NCBI GenBank assembly: GCA_963841565.1
Contig: CAWJCY010000003.1
Location: 192,001 to 256,000, forward strand
DNA from: an uncultured Nitrososphaerales archaeon
GTDB taxonomy: Archaea > Thermoproteota > Nitrososphaeria > Nitrososphaerales > Nitrososphaeraceae
DNA: 64,000 nt
Reading direction: 5' to 3'
Part shown: piece by piece, positions 10,141 through 21,830 of the stretch
How positions within the stretch are numbered: the first letter of the stretch is position 1
Layout of the letters: each line of letters starts with the position of its first letter
Made by a program: the position numbers and the translations under genes
Notes under the pieces: model-generated
What the model was told of the DNA's origin: nothing
Seen by the model: the letters and a program-made list of their open reading frames with translations, nothing else
The model's database searches: none

Positions 10141-12846
10141 CTATTGGCGACGACGTATATGTAAAATTACTAACATTGTCCCAAATGCGCCAATGTAAAA
10201 CCCCATACCCACTAACAGAGTATTGTTAAGCCCCACCACCATCGATGATATGACTGTAAGAACGGAACCCATAACTGAGGCAATGATGTTAACACCCCAG
10301 ATTAGTGTTACACTGTGATCTTCATTTTCATTAATTCCTTCCGAGGAAGAAGTCATATTGGAATCAGCAGATTTACGATCCGATCCAATTTGACTCTGTA
10401 TTTCATCGGCATATTTGCTTTTGTAGCCAGTCATTAGGCGAATGATAGATGGAAATTGGAATCCCATCAGAAACCCCATTGGGGTAAGGAAAATAGCACT
10501 AAGGGTGATTCGTTCGTAGATGGACAAAACTATACTCTGATAAATTACATCATCTATGAGGAAATAGTATGCTATGGTTATTACAACTAGGAATGGGATG
10601 GAAATCAGAATGGCTCTATCTGGCCTGCTAGGAAATAGCTTTCCGCTGGCGTAAGAGCCTATTCCTGTGGAGACCAATATCGAAAAGAGGATGACGGTTA
10701 ATGCCAAGACCGGGGTTCCCAGTATTAATAAGAATTTCTGGATCAAAGTGATTTCAAAGAACATGAATCCAAACCCAATACATGTGGCAAAAATTAAATA
10801 GTACTTGTTTGATAATAGAATTGATACGGTATCAATTCTATTTAATTTAGAATAAAAGAGTAAAATAGTAAACAACACCCCTGAAAGGATAAGTACAGTG
10901 GTAAGTAATATTATTAGTTGTGATGGGATTCTTTCTCTTGCGAAGAAAAAGGGAGAATCATCTGTGGGAGGGGGAAGAGAAGAAAAGCTTGAATTTCCCT
11001 TTCCTACAAGTGACCCAATTGATGCCATATTGTCAGATAGGGCTTTTTCAAAATCAGTTTGCACGTAATCAGTAGGTAGCAGGATCGTTCTAGCATTTCT
11101 TTCAGAGACTCTTTGTTTGACTAATTCAAGTTCTTCTGTTGTAAAGGCGCTATCTTTAATCATAACCAACACGGGATAAATTGATCCTTCACTTGAAGGT
11201 AGAAAGTAAAGGCCTGGTTTATTTTCTACTATAATTATTTTATCCAGAATCTCTTGGTTTTTCTCTATTACACTAGATGCTGATCCATTTCTTGGGTCAA
11301 TAGGCGATTCAGTACTCTCTTCACGAAGAGATTCATAGATCAAAGGTATTAGCCTAGGCAATTCTATGTTCCAACGTATCATCACTAACATGCCATGATC
11401 TTTATTCAAATGTTCCAGATATTGCTTGAATGCTTCTACCGTGTATAAATAGTTCTCAGACAATGCATATCCACCGGCAAGTTGAGCTGCCCATGAATCT
11501 ACTAACTTGATCATGATGAGGTCGAATCTTGAATCTGTACCACTTAGGTATCTTCTCCCTTCATCAATTACCAATTCTACTTGATCTTGGTCATACAAGT
11601 TGCCAGCAGCATCTCCAAACCGTTTTGCAGCTTCAATGATTAACGGGTTTATTTCAACTGCGGTTACATTCCTTGATCCTCCTGCCAAAGATGTAAGAAC
11701 GTCTTCGCCTCCACCACTACCGATCACCAAGGTTGAGTTAGTCTTTGAAATTTCATAAGGCAGGAAATCCATGTATCGCTTAATCCAAACCAGATCCTGC
11801 AATGTCTCATTCCAACGTATAACGGGTGTGTCGGCATCAGCGTCTATTGCAATGGCGGCTAGGGCTCTGGACCTTCCAGAGGAATCTAAGCTTTGAGGCT
11901 GATTTGTATTATGTATTTGGCGGGTCACATCAATTCTAGAAAATGAATTCCACTCCGTAAAAAGATGTTCAAAGCCCGTCGGATTTGAAAGCTGATAATA
12001 CAGTCCTTTTTTCTCTCCTGGTTTAATCGAAACCAAATCTGTATGTAAGGAACCATATGTCAGAATCAGCGAAAATATGATTACAAGCCCCAGCGAGATC
12101 AATAACAACCGAATTAATTGCGTCCTATTCCCATATTTCATAACCATGTTACTATGGTTAGGACCTTGTTCTGCATTAGAATACTGTATGTTACGTGGAA
12201 TCAGATTTCCCCACCTGACGATATATCTTTTGACTTTTAATGTTCTTGGAACGTGAATAGAAAAGTAAGTATTATTTCTACGCATCACAAATATTCCAAA
12301 CACACAAGTCGCTGAAATCAACAAGGAAATAAAAACTAGGGTATATTCAGCTCCAAAACCTCTAAGCAATGGATCCAACAAAAGCGCGGCGGCTGCAGAT
12401 CCCATCAAGTCAAGAAAATAAAGTCGACTGATATCTCTTGGTCTGGAATAGAAAATAAGAGCTATTGCAATACCTGCAAACAAAAAAGGTAATGATGAGG
12501 CGAGGTAGAATAGGTAAAGGAAATTCACGCTAGGTGGAATGAGGTAGCTCGTTACAAGAAGAAAAATCCCAATAGATGTCGCAAAACCCAAAGAAGACTT
12601 CAGCAAATAGATCGGGACAAGTTCCCTCCGCAGTCGATTCTTAATGATATGAGCAACAAGTGAACCTATCCCAAGGCCAAAAAAAGCGATTGATATGGCC
12701 ATAAATGCATAGTCATACCAGAGAATTATTGAGAAGATTCTAGTGAGAGTGAGCTCTAAAAGCAATACACTCAATGATATTACCGCAAGAAGAATCGCGT
12801 AAAGCAATACCAGCGAGGAGCCAACAATCAATCCATGTTGAAACAC
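10141..12846 (-). CDS. Membrane-bound spermidine-synthase-like SAM-dependent transferase
   Basis: N- and C-terminal multi-TM bundles (LYFLDLMGS, GFGFMFFEI, WGVN) flank a Rossmann domain (WNSFSRIDV, LVIGSGGGEDV, AVEINP, DEGRRY, ENYLYTVEAF). Confidence 0.85.
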   Translation of the reverse strand: MFQHGLIVGSSLVLLYAILLAVISLSVLLLELTLTRIFSIILWYDYAFMAISIAFFGLGIGSLVAHIIKNRLRRELVPIYLLKSSLGFATSIGIFLLVTSYLIPPSVNFLYLFYLASSLPFLFAGIAIALIFYSRPRDISRLYFLDLMGSAAAALLLDPLLRGFGAEYTLVFISLLISATCVFGIFVMRRNNTYFSIHVPRTLKVKRYIVRWGNLIPRNIQYSNAEQGPNHSNMVMKYGNRTQLIRLLLISLGLVIIFSLILTYGSLHTDLVSIKPGEKKGLYYQLSNPTGFEHLFTEWNSFSRIDVTRQIHNTNQPQSLDSSGRSRALAAIAIDADADTPVIRWNETLQDLVWIKRYMDFLPYEISKTNSTLVIGSGGGEDVLTSLAGGSRNVTAVEINPLIIEAAKRFGDAAGNLYDQDQVELVIDEGRRYLSGTDSRFDLIMIKLVDSWAAQLAGGYALSENYLYTVEAFKQYLEHLNKDHGMLVMIRWNIELPRLIPLIYESLREESTESPIDPRNGSASSVIEKNQEILDKIIIVENKPGLYFLPSSEGSIYPVLVMIKDSAFTTEELELVKQRVSERNARTILLPTDYVQTDFEKALSDNMASIGSLVGKGNSSFSSLPPPTDDSPFFFARERIPSQLIILLTTVLILSGVLFTILLFYSKLNRIDTVSILLSNKYYLIFATCIGFGFMFFEITLIQKFLLILGTPVLALTVILFSILVSTGIGSYASGKLFPSRPDRAILISIPFLVVITIAYYFLIDDVIYQSIVLSIYERITLSAIFLTPMGFLMGFQFPSIIRLMTGYKSKYADEIQSQIGSDRKSADSNMTSSSEGINENEDHSVTLIWGVNIIASVMGSVLTVISSMVVGLNNTLLVGMGFYIGAFGTMLVILHIRRRQ

Positions 12847-13782
12847 CTACCCCATCTAAATTTATTACTGAGCGAATCACTTTGAAATAGAATTTCAAGA
12901 CGTTGAAAGATGACTTCTATTATATAGATGATTCTAACCAGAACCTACATAGTTCTGTTGAATTGCGAATCCTTGGAAATGCTATGGAATAAAGTACACA
13001 ATGAAACTAGCGCCTATGATCGCAGTAACAATTATGGCCGTAATTATTATCCCTTTTTTAGTAGTCTTTCGTCTTCTTACCGGTTGATCGACCACTTTAT
13101 CATCAATATTTCTGCGATTGTTATTCTGTTCCAATCAGTTCCATCACCTTCCTATTACGTGTTCAATATTGGTAACTGGCAATTATAAATGTGACTACTA
13201 ATTTGTGGGGGATTTCCCGTTTCACGTATACAACAGTAAACCTCATTACGACACGAAATTATGAATTCAATCAAGGGTTCTACGAAGTGTATCCTCTTCA
13301 TGCTTCTAGCATGTTTTGTAATTCCTAACTAGTTGCGACCAAAGAAATCATGACATTAGTATTAGCATGATAGTTTATAATGCTGCTTACTCATCAAAAT
13401 TACAAATATGGTTTTTTATACCGGTGTTAATGTGACATTTTATCTGAAACTAGTTTAGCCAAATTTAAGTCAGAATGTGGCGAGTCGGTCAAAAAAAGTC
13501 TTCGCGTCAGCGGGTATCATACTTTGAATCTTTATTGAATTACTGTTATTTCTATTTTCGAAGGACAAGAGTTTAGCATATATGAATCATCAAAAATTCT
13601 AAGTCTATGTGAAAAGTGGCAAACTTTGGGTGTGGTAGCACATTTTTTGAACTCTTCCAACATCTGACAATTATACTTGGGATTGAGGTAATAACAGATA
13701 AGACGATCAGCTTAATTTTTTCAATTAATTAGCCGCACTAAATTATCGTATTGAATTTTTAATTAATTTACAAAGACACTTT

Positions 13783-13974
13783 GTGATGAGCGTGTCCTTC
13801 GTTACAGAATTAAGAGAAAGAATTGTTATCCTTCAGGAGGCTTTAGATTCTGAAAAAAACCTGCGGAAAAGGCTATATGATGAGAACCAAGTGTTAATTG
13901 AGGAAAATCGAGAGATGGCTGATCAATTAGAAGCATTGAGAGCTCATTTAGAGGACATAGAGAAGTTACGATAA
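13783..13974 (+). CDS. Small coiled-coil protein
   Basis: 63 aa with an E/L/R-rich heptad pattern; AT-rich TATA-like element upstream. Confidence 0.55.
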   Translation: MMSVSFVTELRERIVILQEALDSEKNLRKRLYDENQVLIEENREMADQLEALRAHLEDIEKLR

Positions 13975-14479
13975 GGCAGTGTCTCTAGATGAGGATTACT
14001 ACTCTTAACCACATTTTCTTGAAGTGAGGATATATGTACATTCTCAAATCAACTCATATGATCCCCTGAGTATATCAAATTGTGTTCAATGTATACAGTT
14101 TCCTCTATTAATTGCTGTCACTATGTCCCTACATATTATAATGTCTTTAGAAATATCCCCCCAAAAATTGGATCGATATTTTTGATCGCATACGGAGGAA
14201 TGTTCCTGGGTAAAACTGCTTAGAAGGTCACCAACATATTAATATCTCCAATTTGTTAGAATACCCTGTAGCCTAGAAAATGCAGCTGGATAGCTATTTC
14301 TCTATTCCTCTAATATAAAGGCTTTAGTTCATTTCAAGATGTACCATCCCTAATATCTTGCCGTCTCCAGGCACCACATGTTCATGTCTGAATATTGGAG
14401 AGCAAGGTAGAACCTCAAAAGTTGCCCCCTGCGGGGTATTGTCTAGATCATGGTTATAACCATATTCATAATTGAATAC

Positions 14480-14628
14480 GACTCTCTGAGTTCTTAGACG
14501 CTGCTTTCAGTCGCTGAAACCAGGTTGAAAGAACTGAGCACGACGAGCAACCTGCGAATACAGCATAGGCGTGCGCGATATCATAGGATATGCATTCAGT
14601 AAAGGTACCCGACCCGCAAATTAGAGTC
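14480..14628 (+). ncRNA. Candidate structured non-coding RNA (about 150 nt)
   Basis: Terminal stem GACUCU/AGAGUC, internal helices, two potential pseudoknot pairings and an upstream TTATAA. No family recognised. Confidence 0.45.
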
Positions 14629-14660
14629 ATTTAAGTATATGGAATGCATATATATATCTT

Positions 14661-15575
14661 ATGTTAAGAAATAAGCTAGTATGTAAGAATCATACCGATT
14701 ACGAATTCACGATAACTGACCCAGATTCTGGTGAGACAATATGTACCAGTTGCGGAGTTGTTCTGTCAGATAGAGTGTCTCAGCAAAATGTCCAGGAGCG
14801 CCGATCATTTGACGCGTTGCAAGACCGGGAAAGGAGCAGAGTAGGTATGCCAAGCACTCTTGCCAGACACGATAAAGGGCTGTATACCGTCATTGGTAAA
14901 CCGAATAAGGACGCTAGCGGTCAGGCTATTGACAATTCCATGCGCGTCATGATGGAAAGATTAAGGACATGGGATTACCGATTACAAGCACGGTCTGCAA
15001 CCGATAGGAATCTTAAAAGTGCTTTTGTTAAGCTTGAAGCCATGAAGGGAAAGCTATCGTTACCTCACGCCACGATCGAAAAGGCCGCCTATATCTATAG
15101 GAAGGTTCAAGAAATGGGAATGATTAAGGGAAGAACAATAAATGCTGCATTGGGTGCGTCTATTTACATTGCTTGTAGAGAGGCTGGCATTACAAGGACG
15201 TTGAATGATATAGCAGTCATAAGTAATACCTCGTACAAAGAGTTAGCGCGCACATACAGGCTCATAGTATTGAATTTAGACTTAAAAGTACCTATGATTG
15301 ACCCGATCAAGTGTGTAGCAAAACTTGCTAACAAGTTAGGAGTAAGTGAAATTACGAAGAGATATGCCATCGATTATATGCATGCGGTTTCAAAAAGCGG
15401 CGTTTCAGCAGGAAAAGATCCTATGGGATTGGCAGGAGCTGTCATCTATCTTTCATGTAAAAACCACGACCAACCGAGGACTCAAATTGAGGTGGCTAAC
15501 GCAGGCGGTGTGACAGAAGTGACACTCAGGAATAGAACAAAAGAGCTGTCTATGAAGATCCCCCAGCTCAATTAG
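14661..15575 (+). CDS. tfb: Transcription initiation factor IIB (one of probably several paralogs)
   Basis: Zn ribbon CxxH...DPDSGETICTSCGVV, RSRVGMP, HDKGL, RLRTWD, cyclin repeats (IYIACR, GKDPMGLAG, GVTEVTLRNR). TATA-like tttaagtata at about 14630. Confidence 0.96.
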   Translation: MLRNKLVCKNHTDYEFTITDPDSGETICTSCGVVLSDRVSQQNVQERRSFDALQDRERSRVGMPSTLARHDKGLYTVIGKPNKDASGQAIDNSMRVMMERLRTWDYRLQARSATDRNLKSAFVKLEAMKGKLSLPHATIEKAAYIYRKVQEMGMIKGRTINAALGASIYIACREAGITRTLNDIAVISNTSYKELARTYRLIVLNLDLKVPMIDPIKCVAKLANKLGVSEITKRYAIDYMHAVSKSGVSAGKDPMGLAGAVIYLSCKNHDQPRTQIEVANAGGVTEVTLRNRTKELSMKIPQLN

Positions 15576-15784
15576 TCTCTAATCCTGATTTAGTATTGAT
15601 CGAGTATTCATATGGGTCAGAGTAAAAGCCAGTTATATCTAGATTTCTAACGAGAACACGGGATATCCCCAAAATATCGACAACGTGGTCATATAACGGT
15701 GGCAATCATACATCCTGTAGCTTGTAAACCCGATATAAAAATAATTTCCAAAAAATGTATAAGTAGTTAGATAAAAGAGAGTCT

Positions 15785-17989
15785 GTGCAGCCAGATACAT
15801 TTTCACTGAAAATTCTCGAAGCTTACACCAGAGATGTAGGCAGAGGAGTAGCTCGTATCGATTATGACTCGATGGATTCTCTCACCGCCTCAACAGGAGA
15901 TGTAATTGAAATTAGGGGCGGAGAAAAAAGTAAAAGTCATAAGAGAACGGTGGCAAAGTGTTTGCCGCTGTACCCCTCTGATGAAGGTAAGGGAATAATT
16001 CGTGTTGATGGTCTTGTACGTAATAATGCAGGTGTTGCTATAGGTGATACAGTAGTTGTAAGAAAGATAAAGGCAGTTCCAGCTGAAAAGGTAATAGTAG
16101 CACCGCTTGAAGCAATTCCACCTATTGATGAAAGGTATCTTGCAGATGCACTTGAAAGTGTACCTCTGATCAAAGGCGATAATGTCATGGTTCCATATTT
16201 TGGTGGAAGACTTACTTTCCAGGTTATCGGGGTAAACCCTACTTCAAGTTCAAGTGAAGCGTCAATAGTAACTCAGAAAACCATGTTCACAATTACGACA
16301 ACTGACCATGCCTTGGCGGATAGAGTCGGACAAACTATCGCCTACGAAGACATAGGTGGCTTGAAGGACGAGATTCAAAAAGTACGTGAGATGATTGAGC
16401 TTCCTTTAAGACATCCAGAGATATTTGAGAAATTAGGAATTGAAGCTCCTAAAGGTGTGCTTCTATTTGGACCCCCTGGAACTGGTAAGACACTGTTGGC
16501 AAAAGCTGTTGCCAATGAAAGTAACTCACATTTTATCAGTATATCAGGACCTGAAATAATGAGTAAATTCTATGGAGAATCTGAAGCACGTTTAAGGGAA
16601 ATCTTTAAGGAGGCAAGAGAGAAGTCACCTTCGATAATATTCATTGATGAGATAGATTCAATCGCACCAAAGAGAGAAGAGGTAACTGGTGAGGTGGAAC
16701 GACGAGTTGTCTCTCAATTACTTTCATTGATGGATGGTTTAGAAGCTAGAGGAAAGGTTATAGTCATTGCTGCAACCAATAGGCCAAATGCCTTAGATCC
16801 AGCATTACGCAGACCAGGTAGATTTGACAGAGAAATTGAGATCAAAGTTCCTGACAAACGAGGTAGACTGGAGATATTACAGATTCATGCCCGTAATATG
16901 CCTCTGGATACTGATGTAGATCAAGATAAGATTGCTGGTGTAACTCATGGGTTTGTAGGTGCAGATCTTGAATATTTGTGTAAAGAAGCAGCTATGAAGT
17001 GTTTGAGAAGGCTTCTACCTGAACTCAATATGGAGGATGAAAAAGTTCCTCCCGAAACACTGGAAAAGCTCGTGATAAACATGAATGATTTTGACTATGC
17101 TACAAGGGAGATAACCCCATCTGCCATGAGAGAGGTCTACGTAGAACCTCCCGATGTCAAATGGGAAGATATTGGTGGACTAGACAACGTTAAGAGGGAA
17201 TTACAAGAGGCAGTGGAATGGCCAATGCGCTTTCCAGAAATGTACAAACAGCTGGGACACGAGGTTCCTAAAGGAATACTTCTACACGGACCTTCAGGCA
17301 CCGGAAAAACACTATTGGCAAAGGCTGTAGCTACTGAATCTGAAGCGAATTTCATTAGTGTTAAAGGCCCAGAATTAATGTCAAGATGGGTAGGCGAGTC
17401 TGAGAAAGGCATTCGAGACATATTTAGGAAGGCAAGACAGGGAGCACCTTGTGTAATATTCTTTGACGAGATAGATTCTATTGCACCTGTCAGAGGCTTG
17501 GAAGGTGTAGGGTATGCAAGCACAGAAAGAATGGTATCACAGTTACTTACAGAGATGGACGGAGTCCAGGAAATTCATGACGTTGTGATTATCGCGGCCA
17601 CGAATAGAGTAGATATGATTGATCCTGCTCTCTTACGTCCTGGGAGATTCGACAGAATTGTTTTTATCTCAAATCCAGACAAATTCACCAGGAAGAAAAT
17701 CCTTGAGATAAATACAAAAGGAAAGCCAATAGGTCAGGACGTAGACCTGGAGAAGATTGCCACCATAACTGAAGGCTTTAGCGGCGCTGACATCGCGGCA
17801 ATAGCCAACACCGCAGTATCTTTGGTTCTGCATAATTATCTTCAAAAGTATCCAACACCCGAAGATGCTCTCAAACATTCATCTGAAGCCCTTGTTTCTA
17901 TGCATCATTTCGAGGAAGCCACCAAGAAGGTTCGAAACCAGAAGGAAATGAAACCAGAAGAGAAACCAAACCTTTCGCAGTACAGATGA
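15785..17989 (+). CDS. cdc48: CDC48/p97 family AAA+ ATPase
   Basis: N-domain ([11 protein letters not shown]) plus two AAA modules ([43 protein letters not shown]). Confidence 0.97.
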   Translation: MQPDTFSLKILEAYTRDVGRGVARIDYDSMDSLTASTGDVIEIRGGEKSKSHKRTVAKCLPLYPSDEGKGIIRVDGLVRNNAGVAIGDTVVVRKIKAVPAEKVIVAPLEAIPPIDERYLADALESVPLIKGDNVMVPYFGGRLTFQVIGVNPTSSSSEASIVTQKTMFTITTTDHALADRVGQTIAYEDIGGLKDEIQKVREMIELPLRHPEIFEKLGIEAPKGVLLFGPPGTGKTLLAKAVANESNSHFISISGPEIMSKFYGESEARLREIFKEAREKSPSIIFIDEIDSIAPKREEVTGEVERRVVSQLLSLMDGLEARGKVIVIAATNRPNALDPALRRPGRFDREIEIKVPDKRGRLEILQIHARNMPLDTDVDQDKIAGVTHGFVGADLEYLCKEAAMKCLRRLLPELNMEDEKVPPETLEKLVINMNDFDYATREITPSAMREVYVEPPDVKWEDIGGLDNVKRELQEAVEWPMRFPEMYKQLGHEVPKGILLHGPSGTGKTLLAKAVATESEANFISVKGPELMSRWVGESEKGIRDIFRKARQGAPCVIFFDEIDSIAPVRGLEGVGYASTERMVSQLLTEMDGVQEIHDVVIIAATNRVDMIDPALLRPGRFDRIVFISNPDKFTRKKILEINTKGKPIGQDVDLEKIATITEGFSGADIAAIANTAVSLVLHNYLQKYPTPEDALKHSSEALVSMHHFEEATKKVRNQKEMKPEEKPNLSQYR

Positions 17990-18374
17990 TTAATAAGTAT
18001 CCTCGTCTATTCTTTGCTAGAAGCAATTCATTATGTTTTTTTAATTCCGATGCTGAATAAACTTCAGAATATGCCTGGTAATTTAATAATGGGAAGGATT
18101 TTTCTAAAAGATAGGAAGTCGTTTCTCTAACACAGCTTGAATACTAAACTACAAATTGTACATTCGATAACTTGACTGTATGAAATGGTAACATGATGAA
18201 AGATAAATTGAAAGGTATTAGCGTAAACATGAAATCGGAATGGATAGGGCTGTCAATGTGCGGTCATACTAGTTGGGAATCGTTTTAATATTTTAAAAAC
18301 AGTTACAAACGATACTGACGGTCTGGAGATAGAAGCCGTTTAAAAATCACCCCCTGGTTTTTTCTAAAGATTGA

Positions 18375-19160
18375 CTATTTCTCTTTTGGTTTACGGCTGT
18401 AGTTTCTCATAGTTTCTACGACCCACTTCACGTCTTCCTTAGTCTTTGCTAAATTGGCGATTTTTACACAATCCCTAATGTCTCTAGACTTCAATTTTGT
18501 CCATACAACGTCAGCAACTTCCGCGGCTATATCTTCAGCTATTCCTTCACCGTGACACAACAGATGAATAGTGACTTCCTTGAAACTTCCGTATTTATAT
18601 GGTTTAAAGTATAAGACTAAAAATCTAGAGAGAAGTGGTGTAAGCATTCTCTCAGTAGCGTTACTTGTAGCAAAGACCCAGGTCTTTAACTGCGTATTGC
18701 GAGCCTTCTGGAACTTGGTCTCAGCGATTATTCCTGTTTCCATAAGGCTAAGTAGCGCTGTTTGGTCTTTCAAAGGCATATGTTCGATTTCATCAATAAT
18801 AAGATACCTTGGACGTTTCTCAAACAGGTATTCTATCATGCCCGATTTGGTGCTGTGACTTCCGAGAGTAAAGTAGGATCGTTCAAGTTTCATACATTCC
18901 AACATAAAAAGGGTTTTAGCTGAAGCAGGAGGCCCTACCAGAAGAATATGCACTGGTCTTTCCTTAGAATACAGTGACAACTGGAATAATTTCTTTATGT
19001 CTTCATAACCCACGATATTAGAGAAAAGCTCTCCCCCACCGTGAAACTGAGACATTGTATCTCCATCAACTGGTTCTCCCACCTCATTCTTCAATGATAC
19101 TAGATCTTTTTCGTTACTTGAATACACTCGACTATTGATGGCATCTTCGGATGCTCGCAT
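18375..19160 (-). CDS. Single-module AAA+ ATPase (RuvB/MCM-like)
   Basis: FSNIVGYEDIK, Walker A GPPASAKT, Walker B LIIDEIE, LLSLMETG, FATSN, PLLSRF. Confidence 0.85.
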   Translation of the reverse strand: MRASEDAINSRVYSSNEKDLVSLKNEVGEPVDGDTMSQFHGGGELFSNIVGYEDIKKLFQLSLYSKERPVHILLVGPPASAKTLFMLECMKLERSYFTLGSHSTKSGMIEYLFEKRPRYLIIDEIEHMPLKDQTALLSLMETGIIAETKFQKARNTQLKTWVFATSNATERMLTPLLSRFLVLYFKPYKYGSFKEVTIHLLCHGEGIAEDIAAEVADVVWTKLKSRDIRDCVKIANLAKTKEDVKWVVETMRNYSRKPKEK

Positions 19161-19581
19161 GCAGAGTACCTACGTCTCATCGGTATTAAAGGCATTTGAG
19201 CCAAAAAATGGTGTCAATTTACTCGACAAATATAGACAGATCTGATGAATGGTCACATACTTCTTCCTTCCTTAAGTAGTGGGTGCGATGGGTATCAAAA
19301 TATTGATTTTTCCTTCAATAACTTTTCCTTTTTTGTTCTCACATGATAGTATTGAAATAGACCTCCCGTCGAACCATCATAACGTGTGGGAGAGCAATTG
19401 GCTGAAGTAAATATAAGATTAACAGGGAAAGATGATGAAATGGACTGTGCTCAATCTGAAATCAGGGTTTATTATCGAAATTTCTAAGTAGATTCCTTGG
19501 TCATTGCACATCAGGTAGGGGCTAAGGCAACTGCTACCGAAACTTGTATTGTAAATAGAGTTTTCTGTTGTTCTTACCTTA

Positions 19582-20433
19582 TTATCTTTCTATTTTCAAC
19601 GTATCGTAAAATCTGTTGTACCAATAAAATGCTCCAACTAAAACGACGTAATCAGTCATGAAAAATAGATCCCATATCCACATCTCTTTGGTGCTGCCCT
19701 CCAGAAAATGATGCACAAACCCGTCGTCAGCAATGGCATTTATTAGAAGAGATAATGAAGAAAGAATCCAAGGCATGAAGTTATAGTAATCTTTCCTATG
19801 CACAGTCAGGATGATGACCGATGGTATGATTAGAACCACATCTAGGATGGGGTATAATATTGAAAGCACCAAATCAATAAAGCCTGTCCTCGTTTCGCCT
19901 ATCATTCTCCCTTCTTGATTCGCGTAGAAACCTGATGGAAGAATCAAATTGTACGCTATTACGGATCCGGAGGCAATAACGACCATGATAACACTAAACG
20001 TATGAACCTGATCGCGTTGCACAAATCTGAGAGCAGTGAAGAGATGCAACGAAAAAAATACATAGCCAACTATCCAACAAGGATCTGCAAAAGACACAAC
20101 TAGCACCTGTTCTTCCTCATTGTGTTTAACAAAATGCCCATACGCTAGCGACAAGTCGCCTATAAACCAGAACAAAATTCCCAATGTGAGATATAACAAT
20201 GATTTACCGTGTGTACCGCCGAATCCATATCGGTATATTGTAACGAAACCGTATACAGTTGCCAGACAGGCAGTAACGTTGAGAGCGATAACCGTTATCG
20301 AATAATGTTGACTCGGAAAGTATGATACAAAACTTATCACCAGCGCATTAATAATAATGACGATTATCCCCAAAACTAGGCAAAATTTAATTACTAGCCT
20401 TCGAAGTAATCGAGGAGAGACATTATTATGCAT
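19582..20433 (-). CDS. Polytopic membrane protein (about 8 TM; sensor-like)
   Basis: Multiple hydrophobic helices with GILFWFIGD, SFADPCWIVGY, LYPILD and AIADD motifs. Confidence 0.7.
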   Translation of the reverse strand: MHNNVSPRLLRRLVIKFCLVLGIIVIIINALVISFVSYFPSQHYSITVIALNVTACLATVYGFVTIYRYGFGGTHGKSLLYLTLGILFWFIGDLSLAYGHFVKHNEEEQVLVVSFADPCWIVGYVFFSLHLFTALRFVQRDQVHTFSVIMVVIASGSVIAYNLILPSGFYANQEGRMIGETRTGFIDLVLSILYPILDVVLIIPSVIILTVHRKDYYNFMPWILSSLSLLINAIADDGFVHHFLEGSTKEMWIWDLFFMTDYVVLVGAFYWYNRFYDTLKIER

Positions 20434-21268
20434 CGGTTACTCTGTCGCTTTGCTGTTTTATATATAAACCAAACGTTGTAGTAAGTGTTACAAGCACAGC
20501 ACTCAAATGACATTTTGATTCAGGCGACTCCATTTTAGAATGCGACTTCTTTTCAGTCAATTCGCATTAAGGTAGATATTGTTGGACAGAGTAAGAAAAA
20601 TGTCGGATACTCTGATAGTAGTATTAACCACTATAATGGATCAATATACAATCGTATGATCCAGAAGCGCTATCAGTCAATCCTTGACCTGAATTCAGAA
20701 TAGGTTTCATTTTTTTCCTCCACTTTGACTTCCCGAAGTGAATGTCAAGTTAGATTATTTAGGGCGAATACAAAAAATCTACATGAACCGAATCCTACTA
20801 CTAATATTTCTGAAATTCTTCGGGAGTTATCTACTTGTTTGATAGATAAAGAATGGGCGGTCGTTTATGTATGGTGGGCAAATCATAGACACCCGATGAT
20901 TGATTCTGATCAAGTGGTGTTAGTTTCAAACCTGACTTATCTAATAAATCGCACAAATTCCGATCGACCCCATCAATTGATTGATTTCATCACAAATATG
21001 ACAGCCCAAAAACTCTTAACATTAACCATCCCATGCTATACGCCACGAAATGAATGATGAGTATAGCTTGCTCCTGTGTGTGCGCAAGCTATACATTTTG
21101 CCAGCAGAGGTGTGATTTCTGCAAATATCCAGAGTCCTGATTGATTCATATTCTTTATGTTTGCATTGTACTACGTTGTTTCGCTGTATTTAAACAGGGT
21201 TCAATCTCACCATACACAAGATGAAGATTCTGTTCAAGATTATATTACCAGTTATGAGGAATTAGATT

Positions 21269-21763
21269 ATGAGTTACACAGGTAAGCAAAGAATTAAAGG
21301 ACAAAGGGTATTTCGACCCCTTTCATTTGTTTCACTTGGTCTGGTCTTTACGGTTATTATTATTGGGGCGTTTCTCAGCGCTCGTGGTCAAGGACTTTTG
21401 TGTTCAGATTGGCCGTTGTGCCCGACTGGCTTCAGTTTGTCACCAGAAGGAGAGTACTTCACCGAATACATTCACAGGATTATCGCCTTGATCACTGTTG
21501 TCTCTGTTTATGTTACAGCCTGCTACGCAATTAAAAGATTTGTCAAGGCTAGAAGGACTGCTACGGCTACCGCCGTAGCAGTCTCAATTCAAATTGCGAT
21601 TGGAATGCTAGTGGTACTTTCAGAGCTACAACCGATCATAGTTGCTATTCATACTGGAGTAGGTGTCCTCTCCTTAGCATTCGCCTTACTGACGTTTATC
21701 TTATCCTACCCTATCTTCACAGGTCATCCCGTCTCAAATAAAGCCTCTTCTGAAGTAAATTGA
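21269..21763 (+). CDS. Short COX15/CtaA (heme A synthase-like) protein
   Basis: GQGLLCSDWPLCP, EYIHR, QIAIG and AIH; 4 TM helices. Confidence 0.85.
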   Translation: MSYTGKQRIKGQRVFRPLSFVSLGLVFTVIIIGAFLSARGQGLLCSDWPLCPTGFSLSPEGEYFTEYIHRIIALITVVSVYVTACYAIKRFVKARRTATATAVAVSIQIAIGMLVVLSELQPIIVAIHTGVGVLSLAFALLTFILSYPIFTGHPVSNKASSEVN

Positions 21764-21830
21764 GGCGTATTTGATTAGTAGTGACTTTGGGTGATATTTA
21801 TGAATGTACAAGTCAGCTAATCCGTCTGAA

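Noticed and set aside
19400-19460. Box C/D sRNA (ATGATGA...CTGA)
   Set aside because: Only one C/D pair with atypical spacing and no terminal stem.
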